Positions 14,741 to 27,899 of a stretch of DNA of 64,000 bases are shown here, in pieces. The DNA is from Ruditapes philippinarum (taxonomy: Eukaryota). Every line of letters starts with the position of its first letter. The first letter of the stretch is position 1. A program made the translations under genes and the position numbers. The stretch covers positions 124,001 through 188,000 of the forward strand of contig NW_026861690.1 of assembly GCF_026571515.1 (NCBI RefSeq). The letters run 5' to 3'. The notes beneath the pieces were generated by a model, which made no database searches, was not told the origin of the DNA, and saw only the letters and a program-made list of their open reading frames with translations.

Positions 14741-16162
14741 TGCTTGCATACATATTTAGTATCATTCAGTGAATTACTAAATTCAAAATTTATAGGTCAT
14801 CTTTTTGAAGATTATAACTTTAATGATCATGAATGGTGACATGTCTAGGAATTGTACAGTGCCTGAAAGGACCATTAGCCTAGAATCCATACATTCATAC
14901 ACACATGCTTTCTCCACCAGTACAGCTGCAAAGTTACCATATGTAACCTTGGCTGTGAATGATTGGCAATGTGACTTAGAATCAAAGAAAATATTAATGA
15001 ACAATATTGAATACATTTACATATTTGCATTTTGTAATTTTCTCTCATGCTATCATTAAACACAAAAGATTTATGGAAAAAAAAAGGCCTGATTTCATTA
15101 TTTCTATTTCCGGGCCAAACGATTCCATCTTGTCTGCAGAATATATTAAAAGTCTAGATATTTACATTATTCATGGCGGCAGTGTTTTGTATTATGGAGT
15201 GTTTGGCAATGCAAATTTCTTGAAAGCTTTTAAGAGTGTTTTAGTTTGAACTGTACTTAAAATTTGCATAAATGATGGTTTGTTTACAGTTGTAGTGAAA
15301 TTGTAAACAATATTCTAATGTATATGTTTGTTCATCATTATCAACTTGGTACTTTAATGTTTGAATTGTGTGCCCATATGTTTTAGTGGGGTATTTTTTT
15401 ATTATTTTATATTTTACTGGGGCTTAAAAAGACATTAATAGTCGCAGTAAATTGATGTCTTCCAATATATTAAGGTTTTTCTAATAGATTGTGGTAGTAT
15501 TAAAGATTTCATGTGCTGAACCATATCTTAAATTTAAAGCTGCATGCCTCCAGATGAGTCAAAATATTTCAAGAAAATTAAATGTGAGCAAAATGTACAA
15601 GATTCTAAGAATGTCAGTGGTTCTGTTCAGGTGCCTCTCATGCCTTAAATAATGCGCACAAGGGCACCTGAGGTCTTCCTCTACCAGTAAAACTGATGCA
15701 ATGTAAAATCCAACTAAAAGAAAAAATTCTCATTTTTGTATCTTTTCCTTTTTTAGAAAACAGCAAGTAAATCAATAAATCTTATTTATTTTTGCTTCTT
15801 TTTGTGAGGTTGTATAAATTAATTTAGCTTGGTAACATTTTCATATCTTTTCCTTATTTGGAAAGCAGCTAGCTAACAAAGATTGTTTTTATTTACTCTA
15901 GGTTATAACGATGCTTGAAATTAGAAATATAAAGCCATACCTTGAAAATAAGTAATAAATTTTTACTTTATTCTTCTGTTAATTTGTTTTTCGTGTTTCT
16001 TTTGAATTGGAAATAATCAGAAATGTATTCATTGATTATACAGATATTTAAATGCCCTTGTTTCTGTCCAATCATACCTTAATGGACGGCAATTAAGCCT
16101 ATTCATTAAACATATAAAATACAACTTTATGAATGCTGATTCTATATAAGAGATAAAACTAT

Positions 16163-16405
16163 TTGAGCCGTGTCATGACAAAACCAACATAATGGGTTTG
16201 CGACCAGCATGGATCCAGACCAGCCTGCGCATCCCCGCAGTGTGATCAGGATCCATGCTGTTTGTTAAAAAACTCTGTAACAAGTAAAGAAACTGATAGC
16301 GAACAGCATGGATCCTGATCAGACAGACTGCGCGAATGCGCAGGCTGATCTGGATCCATGCTGGTCGCAAACGCACTATGTTGGTTTTGTCATGACGCGG
16401 CTCAT
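16163..16405. mobile_element. Palindromic MITE (TA-flanked), full copy
   Basis: Long inverted arms tgagccgtgtcatgacaaaaccaacata...gcgaccagcatggatccagaccagcctgcgcat and their reverse complement. Confidence 0.88.
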
Positions 16406-19400
16406 TTATATTTATGATGTATATGATAAAGATACAAATCTGACAGAAACTGCTTAACCTCTTTTTATAAGTTGTCTGTCCAGGTATTGTACACAGTGAT
16501 GGTATCTTGAATGAATCTTAACAGTTCAGCTTTGTATCCTAATAGATGGCGCTGTGTCCACTGTCAAAGATAGGAAAGATTTATGTGGACTCCAAACTGT
16601 GATCTTAATAAGTGACGTGAATGGGCTGAGGAATGAGGAAACAAATTCTTCACATAGGCCAAATTTAAGATGACTTAATAAAATCTTATTTCTTGCTTGA
16701 ATGTTTGTCCTTGAATAACGTGATTTTGACATTAACTCTTCTTCATTTTAAGCTTGACTATGTGAAGAATAGGGAGAGAGCTATGATACTCACTAGGCAA
16801 CATGTATATTGATGCTTGATTTTGATTAAAGCTGGAAGCTAATTTGAGTAACTAGTACTGGTGCCTGGTATAAGGCAACATGATCCTAGATTTGGCAGGG
16901 CTCAAACCCACGACCCCCAAGGTTGAGAGTCCATTACTTTAACCAACCGACCATCATAATCGTCTTTCGCTATATTACTGAAAAGCTGTTAAAAGTTGAG
17001 CATTGGCAAACGAAACTAAACTAACTTAGTATTGCTGGTGCATTGATCATCACCATGTATTGTAAGTTGATAGTATAAATTGATCTGTATTCTTAGACAA
17101 CTGACTGGTTCTATTTGTTTAAGGAAAGTTTCTATTGTTGTGTAAGATGAACAGGGTCGTTATATTAGCCAATCAATGTATTGTACAATAATATCAAATG
17201 TCATTTACAAGGATGGTATAGGCATGCTTCTTTAGATAAGCAGGTTTTCTTAGCTGGCTAACTTTTCTTTAAACTGGTTAACTGGTTAAATTTTCTTTAA
17301 CTGGTTAACTTTTCTTTGAAGCTGCACACCTCCATATGAGACAAAATATTTAAAAAAAGTCAAACTTCAGAAAAATGTTTTATGGATATTATACTTAATT
17401 TTTCTTAGTTAAATATCTCGAAGATTTGTTAACTCATTCAGAGTATGCAGGTTTTACAAACAACAACAACTCTTCAAGGATTCGTAAAGTCACATTATAT
17501 TCATTTGTAACTCTTAACAATAGAGAAAATGATTATGATCTGTTACCTATGACTCCTTTATATAATGCAGAGTAGCTAATCGGCATGGTCTTATGTGCAT
17601 ATGGAATTATGAAAGAATGCCAGAATTACAAAGGTCATGAAAAGTCTATAGTCGGCCATTGTTAAAGATCTTTAAATCATGCAACAGTTTATAATTCTAT
17701 TGTTATATGAAAAATGAAAAAAAAAAATGAAAATGAAGGCTAGGGCAAATTTTCTAGGTCAAATAGAAATGTTAGATTATTATGCCAACGTTATAGATGC
17801 GGTAGAAAAAATAAATTAAAAAGAAAATCAAACAACAACAAAAAAAAAACAAAAAAACAAATCTGTGTATGTAACTTTTTGATTAAACATTTTCAATTTT
17901 AAATAAATGAAATAATTTTTTTTTGACGTGTGTTGAACTATAATGCTTCTATTAACAATACAAAATACTACCACAATGAAGAATTCAGCCACTTTTGGCA
18001 TTTTGTCCAGGCTTGGTCTTGATTGTTTTAGTAATTAATTTTAGTAAATTAATTGTTGTGGTCTGGTAAATTAAGATGCCAGGAATTTGAAATTTGAGCC
18101 AGTTTGGTGTCACAAGTCATACAACTGCAAACCGAAATGTGCGGGCTAAGAAGAACTTGTTTTTTAAACAGCGATATAATTATGTTAGAACGACATGTTT
18201 TGCTTTTTCAAAGTTTCTGGAATAAATGTAAATGAAAAAAAATTGCGGACAGTGTCATCCTTGGACTTTTGAATAATTCTCTGCCTACAAAGTATAGTAC
18301 AAAGTCTGTAGAGCATCTTCCATTTAGGAGACACAGATTTTGATAGCTGCTGCCACAGAGAGTCAGATTAGATAACTCTGAAGACTTTAACTTCAAGAAA
18401 AAATTATCCTGTTGTTGTTAAGAGGTGATTGTTGTACAAAGGGACACTGAAGATGTTGTACTACATACAAAACACCTAAGTCTTACAATGATTAGAATGA
18501 TTGTTGTTGTTTAAATGGCAAATATGGTCCTGTTGTTGAGGTGATTGCTGTAGAAAGGCTCCCTCTGCAAAGGTTGTTATATATACAAAATTTGAACAAG
18601 ACACAGAATGATTGTTGTTCTTGAACCTGAATTCCGTCACATTCACAGTGGACCATTCCAAATTCAATGTTGGTCAAGTCCATTTTACAAATTAAGTCTG
18701 CACTGGGTAGAGGTGAAGAAACATTGTAAGTTGTAACCATTTAAAGACTTGAAAAAAATTTAATCTTTAAAGCTTTAAATACCATATAATCCCCTTAACC
18801 TGTTCATGTTTTGACTGATTATATATCAAACAATATGAATATTTAAACTTTGTCTTGAGGATATTTTGTGTTTTGGGGATGAAAATATAGTGGAAGTTGC
18901 TAGGTAAAAAAACAGCATACAAGTGTTAAAGATTGATAAATGGTTGAGAAAAGGTAAAAATGCATCCTTTATTTCACATTCTATAATCATTTTTCATTTC
19001 TAAGTAGGAATAATTAGTAATAAAAAATTGTAGTTTCATACAGTAAAGAAAGATAACTCATGGTGTCATAATTATGTAAACACTGCTCATTATTGCAAGA
19101 GTTGTCTCCCTTTTTTTCTCAAGAGATGGAGTAAATCATATTAGATCTGTTTGGCTGTGCTTACAGGCCATTTTCTTGTATTTTCTAGGGGATATAACAG
19201 GATTGTAAGCTATTAAGTCATTCAAAGTTGTTACGGAACACCCACGCTAGAGTTGTTAATTCTATCTTGGCAAAATATGGTGGCACTCCTGAACAATTTA
19301 GAGAAAAAAAGTACAGACCATTGAAATTTATTGATAAGAATTATGATGTCATTTTTATCAAATCAGTTCTTTCTGAGTTTTCCCATATGATTGATTTTTT

Positions 19401-19754
19401 GAGCCGAGGAGTTTACGTAAATTGTCTCCATTGTTTCTTAACTGATATTGATTGGATTTCACGGATGTAAAAATTAAGTCTGAACTCCAAATGATGTATT
19501 AAACTGATGATTTGATTTGTCAAACTTTTTTTTATTTCATTTGAAAGCAGTTCTTTTTGTGAATTGTGAATAAATCCAAACACAACAGCTTGTCATGAGC
19601 AAAAAATATTTGTATAAATTCAAGATGGTGGCTATAGAGACTTACAATACAGAGGGATAAGAAGCTCTAAAATTAGAACATTTTCACGTCCAGACCCACA
19701 ATCTTTTGCGTGAGATTCAATGGCCCTTGAAGTTGGTCAGTTTGGTAAATTTCG

Positions 19755-20021
19755 AGTGAGACTGAAAAAAGGATTGGAGCACCACATCCAATATACTTCA
19801 TTCCGGTATAATGTACCGGGCAAGCGCTTGAAAGATTAAAATCACGCTTTTTCACCCAATGGAATGAACTTTAAAACATCTAAGTCATTTCTTCACACTG
19901 ATTTATATACAATAATGAATGAACAATGTAAGAACCCGCGAAATGAATGATATTTTTTTTTATTTCATGATCATGATTTCTGCAAGTGTCTAGAGGTATT
20001 CCTTGAACACTGTAAGGAGTT
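19755..20021 (+). repeat. Unclassified interspersed repeat (copy 2)
   Basis: See 886-1142. Confidence 0.7.
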
Positions 20022-21555
20022 TAAATGTTTTCATATATTGATAACCTTTGAATTCAGTGTCTATTCATTGACATTTAGATGCTAAAGGTTTAGATATAAA
20101 TTTTCTGTAAATGTCAAGGTCGTTTTTCCATATCTTAAATATCATCCAGAATGTTAAAATTAAAAAAAAAAAAAATAACATTGCTAAAATAATATTTGGA
20201 TAAATATGATGATATAAAGTGTAATAAGATATCAGTTAATGTGGTCATGGCAGCCAGCTGTTTATTTATTGTGAAAATATATATATAAAAAAGATAGACT
20301 GCTGTGTGAGGGAGTTATTTAAAGGTTAGATACTGAAAATCTTAACCATTGATATATCCTAGAAGGTGTTCAAATATTTCATTCCCCCTCTCCCACCCCC
20401 TCTGCTGTTTAAAACATATTTTGTTAGTTGGAGTGTGAAATTGATGCTAGTAGCTTAAAATAAGGCTTAAAGAATAATGTTACAATAGGGGATGTTGTAA
20501 TTTGTTTCTTATAGTTCACCATGACATTTTGGTTAAAATATGATAGTGAATGTGCGTGGGTAATGGTTTGATATATATAAATATATATGAATAAAAAAAC
20601 AACATAGACTGGTTTTCAGACTTGTTTCAGATTGTGCAACACTATCTTTACTCAATGAACCTAATGGAGATTCATTTAACCTAAAGAAAATTCAATGAAC
20701 CTAAAGAAGATTTAAGTTACAAACAGGGTTGCGGTAGTCAGTTTTTATATGAATATTCAAACATTTGAGAACAAAATAAGGATGGGCAAATTAAGAATTC
20801 ATATATACAGTATATTATCAAGACTCTTTTGAGAAATCGTGGGATATTCTGTTTTTCCGGGAAGAATGAATATTGTAAAATTTTATGACGTAAACTGAGC
20901 TAGTTTTTCTATGACAATATATTATAGGATATATAACATATAAAAGGCAGTAGTATCTTTCTCGAGAATCATTTGATTCATGGAAATAAAAAAAAATGAA
21001 CTCATGTGTGTGTGATATTTTAACATTGGAAATATTGGCTCGGCTTTATCAGATTGATTGCAGCAGCGTTTTTTTTGCCGGATAATTTTTTCTCCTCAAA
21101 CTTCGAAAATTATTGTCTATTACACAAAATTGTTTTTATGCTATTAATGTAAAGTGGTTTTCTCTAGGGGTAATTTGGAAGAGCAAAAATAGAATTACTA
21201 GGGAAATAACTGGGCGGATGCTGAAGCAAGATCATTGAATACTGTAAAGGGAAATGAAGGCTGATTTGTGAAACAAGAACAAGTGTTTAGAGACATTGGG
21301 TCGGATGTATATCGATACATATGGGAAGTAAACAATTGAAACTGGTGCTTTTATCGTAGGCAGGATCACAAGAATATGGTTTGATATGTTGTTCAGATGG
21401 GTTTGATTTCATCTTGATGTTTTTGAGATATTAAATAAAATTTGAGGAGCTCGTCAGTTTGAGTACAGAGATTCTGGCAGTGCTCCTTCTTTATATTTGG
21501 GAATTTCTTGTGGAGGATTTGAATTGTACGGTTAAATTGACTGGAAATTAAAAAT

Positions 21556-21662
21556 ATGTTTACCTCTATACTGTTACATTTAGAAAACTTCAGCTTTGCT
21601 AAGTGTCTGGATTGTTTTAAGTGGCAAACAAGGAGGAAGTCAAACTATGAGGATTTGGAAGG
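21556..21662 (+). CDS. Candidate short alternative first exon MFTSILLHLENFSFAKCLDCFKWQTRRKSNYEDLE(G)
   Basis: ATG in A-rich context, 35 codons + GG, then gtgaga. The phase-2 donor joins the phase-2 acceptor at 27740 (GG+T = Gly). Confidence 0.4.
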
Positions 21663-22129
21663 GTGAGATATTTATGTCAAAACATCTTCATTTTCATACT
21701 TTTTTTTTAAAGTTTGAAAATCATACTGACACAATGTTAAAAAATCTGAAAACAATAAAGGCTTCTATTTTATGATTGTTTCATGGCAGTTAGTTATGCA
21801 AATGTTTATTTAGTCATTCATATACAAATGAGGTTCTTTTGAAGGTGCATATTACGTCTTTATTTTAGGGATTGAACTGATGTATGGTGTTTAATTTTTT
21901 GTGTGTGTTTTAATTTATTCAAAACTTTAAGAGTGATACTAGTACACTATGGTATGTTATTCAATCTGATGTTCTACTTTCTTAATTGTCTAGTTAGTGG
22001 AAACTTAGTGTAATATGCTCTGCCAAATTGTCTGCATTTTGTTAGGTTTTCACTATGCTGGCAGCAACAAGTTAGTGTAATGTCCTACCCTAACTGACCT
22101 GCTTCTGTTAGTTTTAACCCCTGGAAGCA

Positions 22130-22550
22130 AAACATGACCTTTGCTCTGCCAGTGTGACGTCCGAATTTACTATAATATTGTGACCTTTACGCTGCTAGCG
22201 GCACCTGAATTTACCCACGTGACCTTAACCCTGCTGGTGATACTTGAATCTATCATCATGACCTTTACGCTGCTAGAGGCACCTTAATTTTCCTAGGTGG
22301 CCTTGATTTACCGAGGTGACCTTTACCTTGCTGGTGACACCTGAATCTACCATTGTGACCTTTACCCTGCTAGCGGCACCTTAATTTACCAACGTGACCT
22401 TTACCCTGCTGGTGACACCTGAATCTACCGTCGTGACCTTTATGCTGCTAGCGGCACCTGAATCTATCAACATGACCTTTACACTGCTAGCGGCACCTGA
22501 ATCTACCCACGTGACCTTTACGCTGCTGGTGACACCTGAATCTACCGATG
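22130..22550 (+). repeat. ~39-bp minisatellite (gtgacctttacgctgctagcggcacctgaatctacc...)
   Basis: About 10 diverged copies are directly visible. Confidence 0.9.
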
Positions 22551-22597
22551 CTAATGGCTGCGACCCAACATGCCATCTGATTACATTTTTCTTTTTT

Positions 22598-23755
22598 TTA
22601 GCTCACCTACCTGTCACTTTATGACAGGGTGAGCTTTTGTGATCACTTTTCGTCCGGCGTCTGTCTGTCCGTCGGTCGTCCGTAAACTTTTACTTTAAAT
22701 GACATCTCCTCATAAACCACTAAGCCAATTTCAACCAAACTTCACAGGAATGTTCTTTTGGTGGTCACCTTTGAAAAATGTTCAAAGAATTTAATTCCAT
22801 GCAGAACTCTGATTGCCATGGCAACCGAAAGAAAAAACTTTAAATATCTTCTTTTAAAAAATCCAAAGAGCTAGAGCTTAGATATTTGGCATGAAACATC
22901 TTCTATTGAGTGTCTATCAAGTTTGTTCAAATAAAAGCCCTAGGGTCAAAATTGGCCCTGCCCCGGGGGGTCATTGATTTTCCCATTATGCATATAGTAA
23001 AAATTTAAAAAATCTTCTTTTAAAAAACCCAAAGAGCTAGAGCTTAGATACTTGGCATGAAACATCTTCTATTGAGTGTCTATCAAGTTTGTTCAAATAA
23101 AAGCCCTGGGGTCAAAATTGGCCCCGCCCCAGGGGGTCATTGATTTTCCCTATATGCATATAGTAAAAACTTAAAAAATCTTCTTTTAAAAAACCCAAAG
23201 AGCTAGAGCTAAGATATATAGCATGAAACATGTTCTAATAAGTGTTTACCAAGTTTGTTCAAATAAAAGCCCTGGGGTCAAAATTGGCCCCGTCCCGGGG
23301 GTCATTGATTTTCCCTATATGCATATAGTAAAAACTTAAACAATCTTCTATTAAAGAACTTAAAGAGCTAGAGCTAAGATATTTAGCATGAAACAATCAT
23401 TATGTTCTAATGTGTGTCTACCAAGTTTGTTAAAATAAAAGCCCTCGGGTCTAAATTGGCCCCGCCCGGGGGTCATTGATTTTCCTTATATATGTATAGC
23501 AAAAACTTAAAAAAATCTTCTTTGAAAAAACCAAATTAGCTAGAGTTTAGATATTAAGCATGAATTATCTTCTAGTGAGTGTCTACAAAGTTTGTTCAAA
23601 TAAAAGCGCTGGGGTCAAAACTGGCCCCGCCCAAGGGGTGTCATTCTTTTTAACTATATGTGTAAAGTAAAAACATAAAAATTCTTCTTTTAAAAAACCC
23701 AAATGGGCCTATAATACAGGTGAGCGACCTCAGGGCCATCATGGCCCTCTTGTTT
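22598..23755 (+). mobile_element. Second HINE/Helentron-like non-autonomous element with a ~167-bp tandem array
   Basis: 5' tttttagctcacct...ggtgagct hairpin, (GTCY)n microsatellite, ~5 tandem units, 3' aggtgagc subterminal repeat, hairpin agggccatcatggccct (23732-23748) and cttgttt end. Confidence 0.82.
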
Positions 23756-24658
23756 GCAATTCAGTCTAACATTTCGAAATTTTCCTTATAATTGATACAA
23801 CGGTTTTGTCAAAATTGAAAGATGTACATGTCCATTTAAAAAAATTTAGAATGGCATGATTTAGTGGGATATTTCTGTCAATTAAGTTGGAAAGTTGCCA
23901 CATGAAATGTTTTGGTGTGATTATTAATACAAAATCAGGAGAAAAAAACAAAACAAAAAACCAAAAAAAACCCCCCACTTTGTTTGGTGGTCTGTCATAT
24001 TTGATATTTTTAGCTTTGTTATTTATTTAACAAGGGTAATCACCCTTTTCAAACTACAGATATTCATGGCGAACTAATGGCAAAGGCTTGTCGTACTGGC
24101 TGAACAAAAAAACTCAAAACTTTAAGATAACAATTTTACAGTTTTCATTGCAAATCATGATATATATATTGATCGCGCTTTTAGCGCACAGACATGGCAG
24201 ATTTTCTTTCTGCACAAAAATATCTCTAAGGTAATTATGAATGAATTTTGTTTAACATAGTTGATGGTGGAGAAAATAGTTTGTGACAGGAAGTTCATTG
24301 GCGTCTTATTGTAACACTGTTTTAAGAAGAGCAGCTCACAGACAAATTAAGGATGTGGCAGATTTTTGTGTGGAACATTTGGTGTTTTTTTCTCTCCAAA
24401 CTTTCCTTTCTCTACAGGAGAGGATTTATTTTCTCCAGGAGTGCTTCTTTTTTGAAAGAGGGAAAATTTCTTGACAGCAGTCAAGTAAAATACAGAGATT
24501 AAGAGTGGACATGTCTAGAAATAAAAGATGCTGTGCACTGGACTGACAGCCAAACTGTTTTATGTGAATGTTGAAAATGAGTGCAAAAAAGACTGGTTTT
24601 GCATTATTACACATTTATTTTTCAAAAAAGGGTTTGGCCGACCTTTAACTTTTTACAC

Positions 24659-24877
24659 AACCGCCTCCGTGGTCGAGGGGTTAGAGTCGATGACTTCTAA
24701 TCCAGTTACCTCTCTGGCGTGGGTTCGATCCCCGGGAGATGCTTTGGTAGTTTAGCGCGGAGGAAGGTAGTCTAGTACTGGTGTAACTCTCCAGGAACGA
24801 TGGTTAGGAAACTACCCGCCTATATGACTGAAATACTGTTGAAAAAGGCGTAAAATGAAACAAACAAACAAACAAAC
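24659..24877 (+). mobile_element. tRNA-derived SINE with an (AAAC)n tail and a 12-bp target-site duplication
   Basis: A-box-like tggtcgagggg, B-box ggttcgatccc, 3' atatgactgaaatactgttgaaaaaggcgtaaaa and (aaac)n tail. It is flanked by the exact direct repeat aactttttacac (24647-24658 and 24878-24889). Confidence 0.88.
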
Positions 24878-27171
24878 AACTTTTTACACCAGTCTGATAT
24901 GAAGATGAAATTAGTTTAATTGATTTCGAAGATGTCTGCTTGAGATGACTGGCCTCTACCCTGAGGCATTGTGGGTAATGCAGCTATATTTGGTCACCTC
25001 TCCATCATGTCCATGTTTTTCATAAATTAATTGTTACAATATCATAATGTTCTAACGCAGTGTTCAGATACGTTCCTGAAAGTACATGTAGTCTTAATAG
25101 TAAATTTTATATGGCTCTATTTAGCTTTCATCAGGAAGGAGTTCTGATCAATTAAATATGTTTTAAGAACACTACCTCAAATGTCAAGGTCACATTGAAT
25201 TAGAATATGTGGGAGTGAAATTGAGTTATGGTTAATAGCTTGATTACAGATATTTTATAAGTGCTCATATTTATACATATTGTTTTAAAGGAAATATATA
25301 AGAGCTCTGGTATGAAATATTTAATTTCAATTTAAATGAAAGTCCATTGTTTAAAAGAGCTTGTTTCCTTATTGTAATTGATACTCAGGCTCACATTTAG
25401 AGCAAAATGTGTTTGTTACACAAGTTCAATTAAGTATTTTTTGTTAGATGTTTGATGTAAATGACTATATAGTTCAGATCATGTTTGATGTAACAGAAAT
25501 ATTTAAGGCAATATAATGCATCTTGAACATATAACTTTCAGTGATCCATAATTTATTATGTACATTTATTTTTCAAAAAGATATACTATAACATTTTGAA
25601 TGAACTGATTGGTTTAATTTGAGGTCTTTAGAAATTTACCTAAAGAAGATGTAATGTAACTTTACATGTAGTGTCCTTCACTCTTTGCTCATTTTCCTGA
25701 AAGTTTTATGAGAAAATGGGCCTGTTAGCGCAGGCAATCATAGCTGGGAAGTGTCATAAACTTTACAATAAACATGGCTCTGAATGCTGCTTTAATATTG
25801 TCAACTTCTGCAGAAAATGCCATTAAAACATTGCATGATGTAATTAGAAGTTTTCTAAAAGAAGATGTGGCAAATTTTTTTATTGATCTCTTTACTAAAA
25901 GACAGGTATTTTAATCTCTGAATACTGAACAGTTATGCCAACTTTCCCAAAGGCAGGCGTTTATAATATGGCCTAACCCTTGAGCTCAATTAAGGGAGAT
26001 AGCATAGTTCTGCTAGTGCTTGGTCATGTGAATGCTTTCGTTCATAAATTTGGTTTTAATTCAGGGATAGCATAATTATCAATGGGCAGTTAAAATTTCA
26101 AAGCAATTAAGACATGGACATTGCATGAATTTAAGAAGGTAAATGCTTATTATGAAAAGAAGAAAGTTTTATTTCAAGGGCTGTCTAAGACAATCAGATT
26201 GCCATAGCAGAATGTTTCTGAAAACATAACTGATAATCTCTTAGATATTTCTCTTTCAAACTGATTAACACTGGAGGCTTTGGCAGTGTTGTCTGCTTTT
26301 GTCATCTGGTTACCTCATTGTGCCCTCTGTTTTGCATCTGACTGGAATATAAAAATAAAATAGCAAGCAGATTTTTTTTATTAAAAAGGAAAAGTTGAAC
26401 AATTTTTTTGAAATGGAATACATTTTGATAAAAGGAAAGGCACAAATGACTCAATTATGACTTTCTGATGAGCATAAAAAATTCTGAAAATTAAATACAT
26501 TTTGATTTTGACGTAGATGTCTAGAATTTAATAGCAATCATAGAGATATATAGAAGTAAACTATAAATTTAAAAAAACCCAAAGAAAATGCATCTGTGGA
26601 TACAATAATATTTATGCCATAATATTTCCTTAATTTTAAAGAATTATTTTACCCCAATACATATACCGATATAATCTTACTGACAAAAGTATGAAACATG
26701 AAATGCAATAGGTTTAGATACATTACAATTGTACGAAATTCAAATGATATTTTACATTTTCTTAAAATCATATATTTCTCCGTATTCTTACAAGTTTTGT
26801 TATAGATATCCCTATCTAAATAATCTTTATGTTGTAAAATGTGTAATTGGTTTTGAAACTTCCTGTAATTATTCAAGTTTATCTGCAAAGCATGATGTGC
26901 ACAAGAATTCGTCTCTGGCGTATTTTAAAATATCTTCTTGTCTGAATTTGTATCTGGAGAATCAATTGATAATTTATCATAATTGTATAAATACATCATT
27001 ATATAATGATGGGATGTCCATTTGGGTAATCAAACATTGCTATATCAGAGACATGATATTACTGCACGCTTAATGAGTTTGTGGCGCAGAGGTACTTATG
27101 AGTAATAATAACTTGTCGATGCCATCGGTAAAGATCGAGCTGGAAATTTGTAGTTAACCAGTCCAATCACT

Positions 27172-27385
27172 TTAACGCTTTTACCTGAATTTCTGAAATG
27201 AACTCATCTAGCTTCCATTTTCGGAACTGTCCATTATCAATTTAGGGGATATCAAGATGTAAATGTAAGGTAAATCAGCCGCCAGTATAGAGCCTGGTCA
27301 GAATGCATGGATGTGAAGGCTGGCCTGGATCTATATTGGTGTCAAAGGCTTAAATCTTATTGGGTTCCAGCAGGATATGTGTTAA
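27172..27385 (+). mobile_element. TTAA-flanked MITE family (piggyBac-like ends); other copies at ~6001-6190, 7121-7290, 10110-10320(-), 39461-39600, 39660-39856, 47829-48001(-) and 58810-59010
   Basis: Shared core taaccct..acctgctaaat..ttgaaatg.acttgtccatc.ttcaat.tggac.a..ccatt..cattttagggg; TTAA at both ends of the 27172 and 47829 copies. Confidence 0.65.
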
Positions 27386-27739
27386 CCTATTATCACAGTT
27401 CCAACAATAGGAAACAGGACTAGTCCATATCAGAAATAGGCTGTACACTGGGAAGGTTTTGGTTGCCATGATCTAGTGATGAATTATCTATACAAAATAC
27501 AAGGCTCGTTAGGAATTATTGACTTGTCAATACATTGTTGCATTTCAATGAAATGAATATAAAATCTACAATGATGTGACCTTTTGTGGAATCCAACCAC
27601 TGCCCAGGCCCAACCACCTAAATTAAATGTGGCCAACTCCCTTCATTTTATTCGGACATAAAACTTTTCAACTTTTTATATGACTTCAAAGGTATTTTAA
27701 AACTTTTAAATATCTATGTTTATTTTCATGTATTTTCAG

Positions 27740-27899
27740 TGATGGTGGATTCCTTGCGCACAATGCCACCAAGGACACATATCCCGCACCAATTCCGACA
27801 AAGAAGGTCAACTTCACCGGGAACGGAGCAGCTATTACCGACGCCAATCATAACACTGGCAACAACATCTGTGATCTTCCAGCATATAATGACTGTATC
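27740..27899 (+). CDS. PTPN4: Internal linker exon (phase 2 to 0): [53 protein letters not shown]
   Basis: Acceptor tattttcag, donor ATC|gtaagt, 160-nt GC-richer open frame; the phase-0 end matches exon 51470. Confidence 0.75.

Noticed and set aside
24283-24510. ETS (CAGGAAGT) + inverted CCAAT cluster followed by a short ORF
   Set aside because: No convincing donor site in a compatible phase; motif-only evidence.
24659-24740. tRNA-like sequence
   Set aside because: It is the head of a SINE (body, tail and target-site duplication present) and lacks a convincing cloverleaf.
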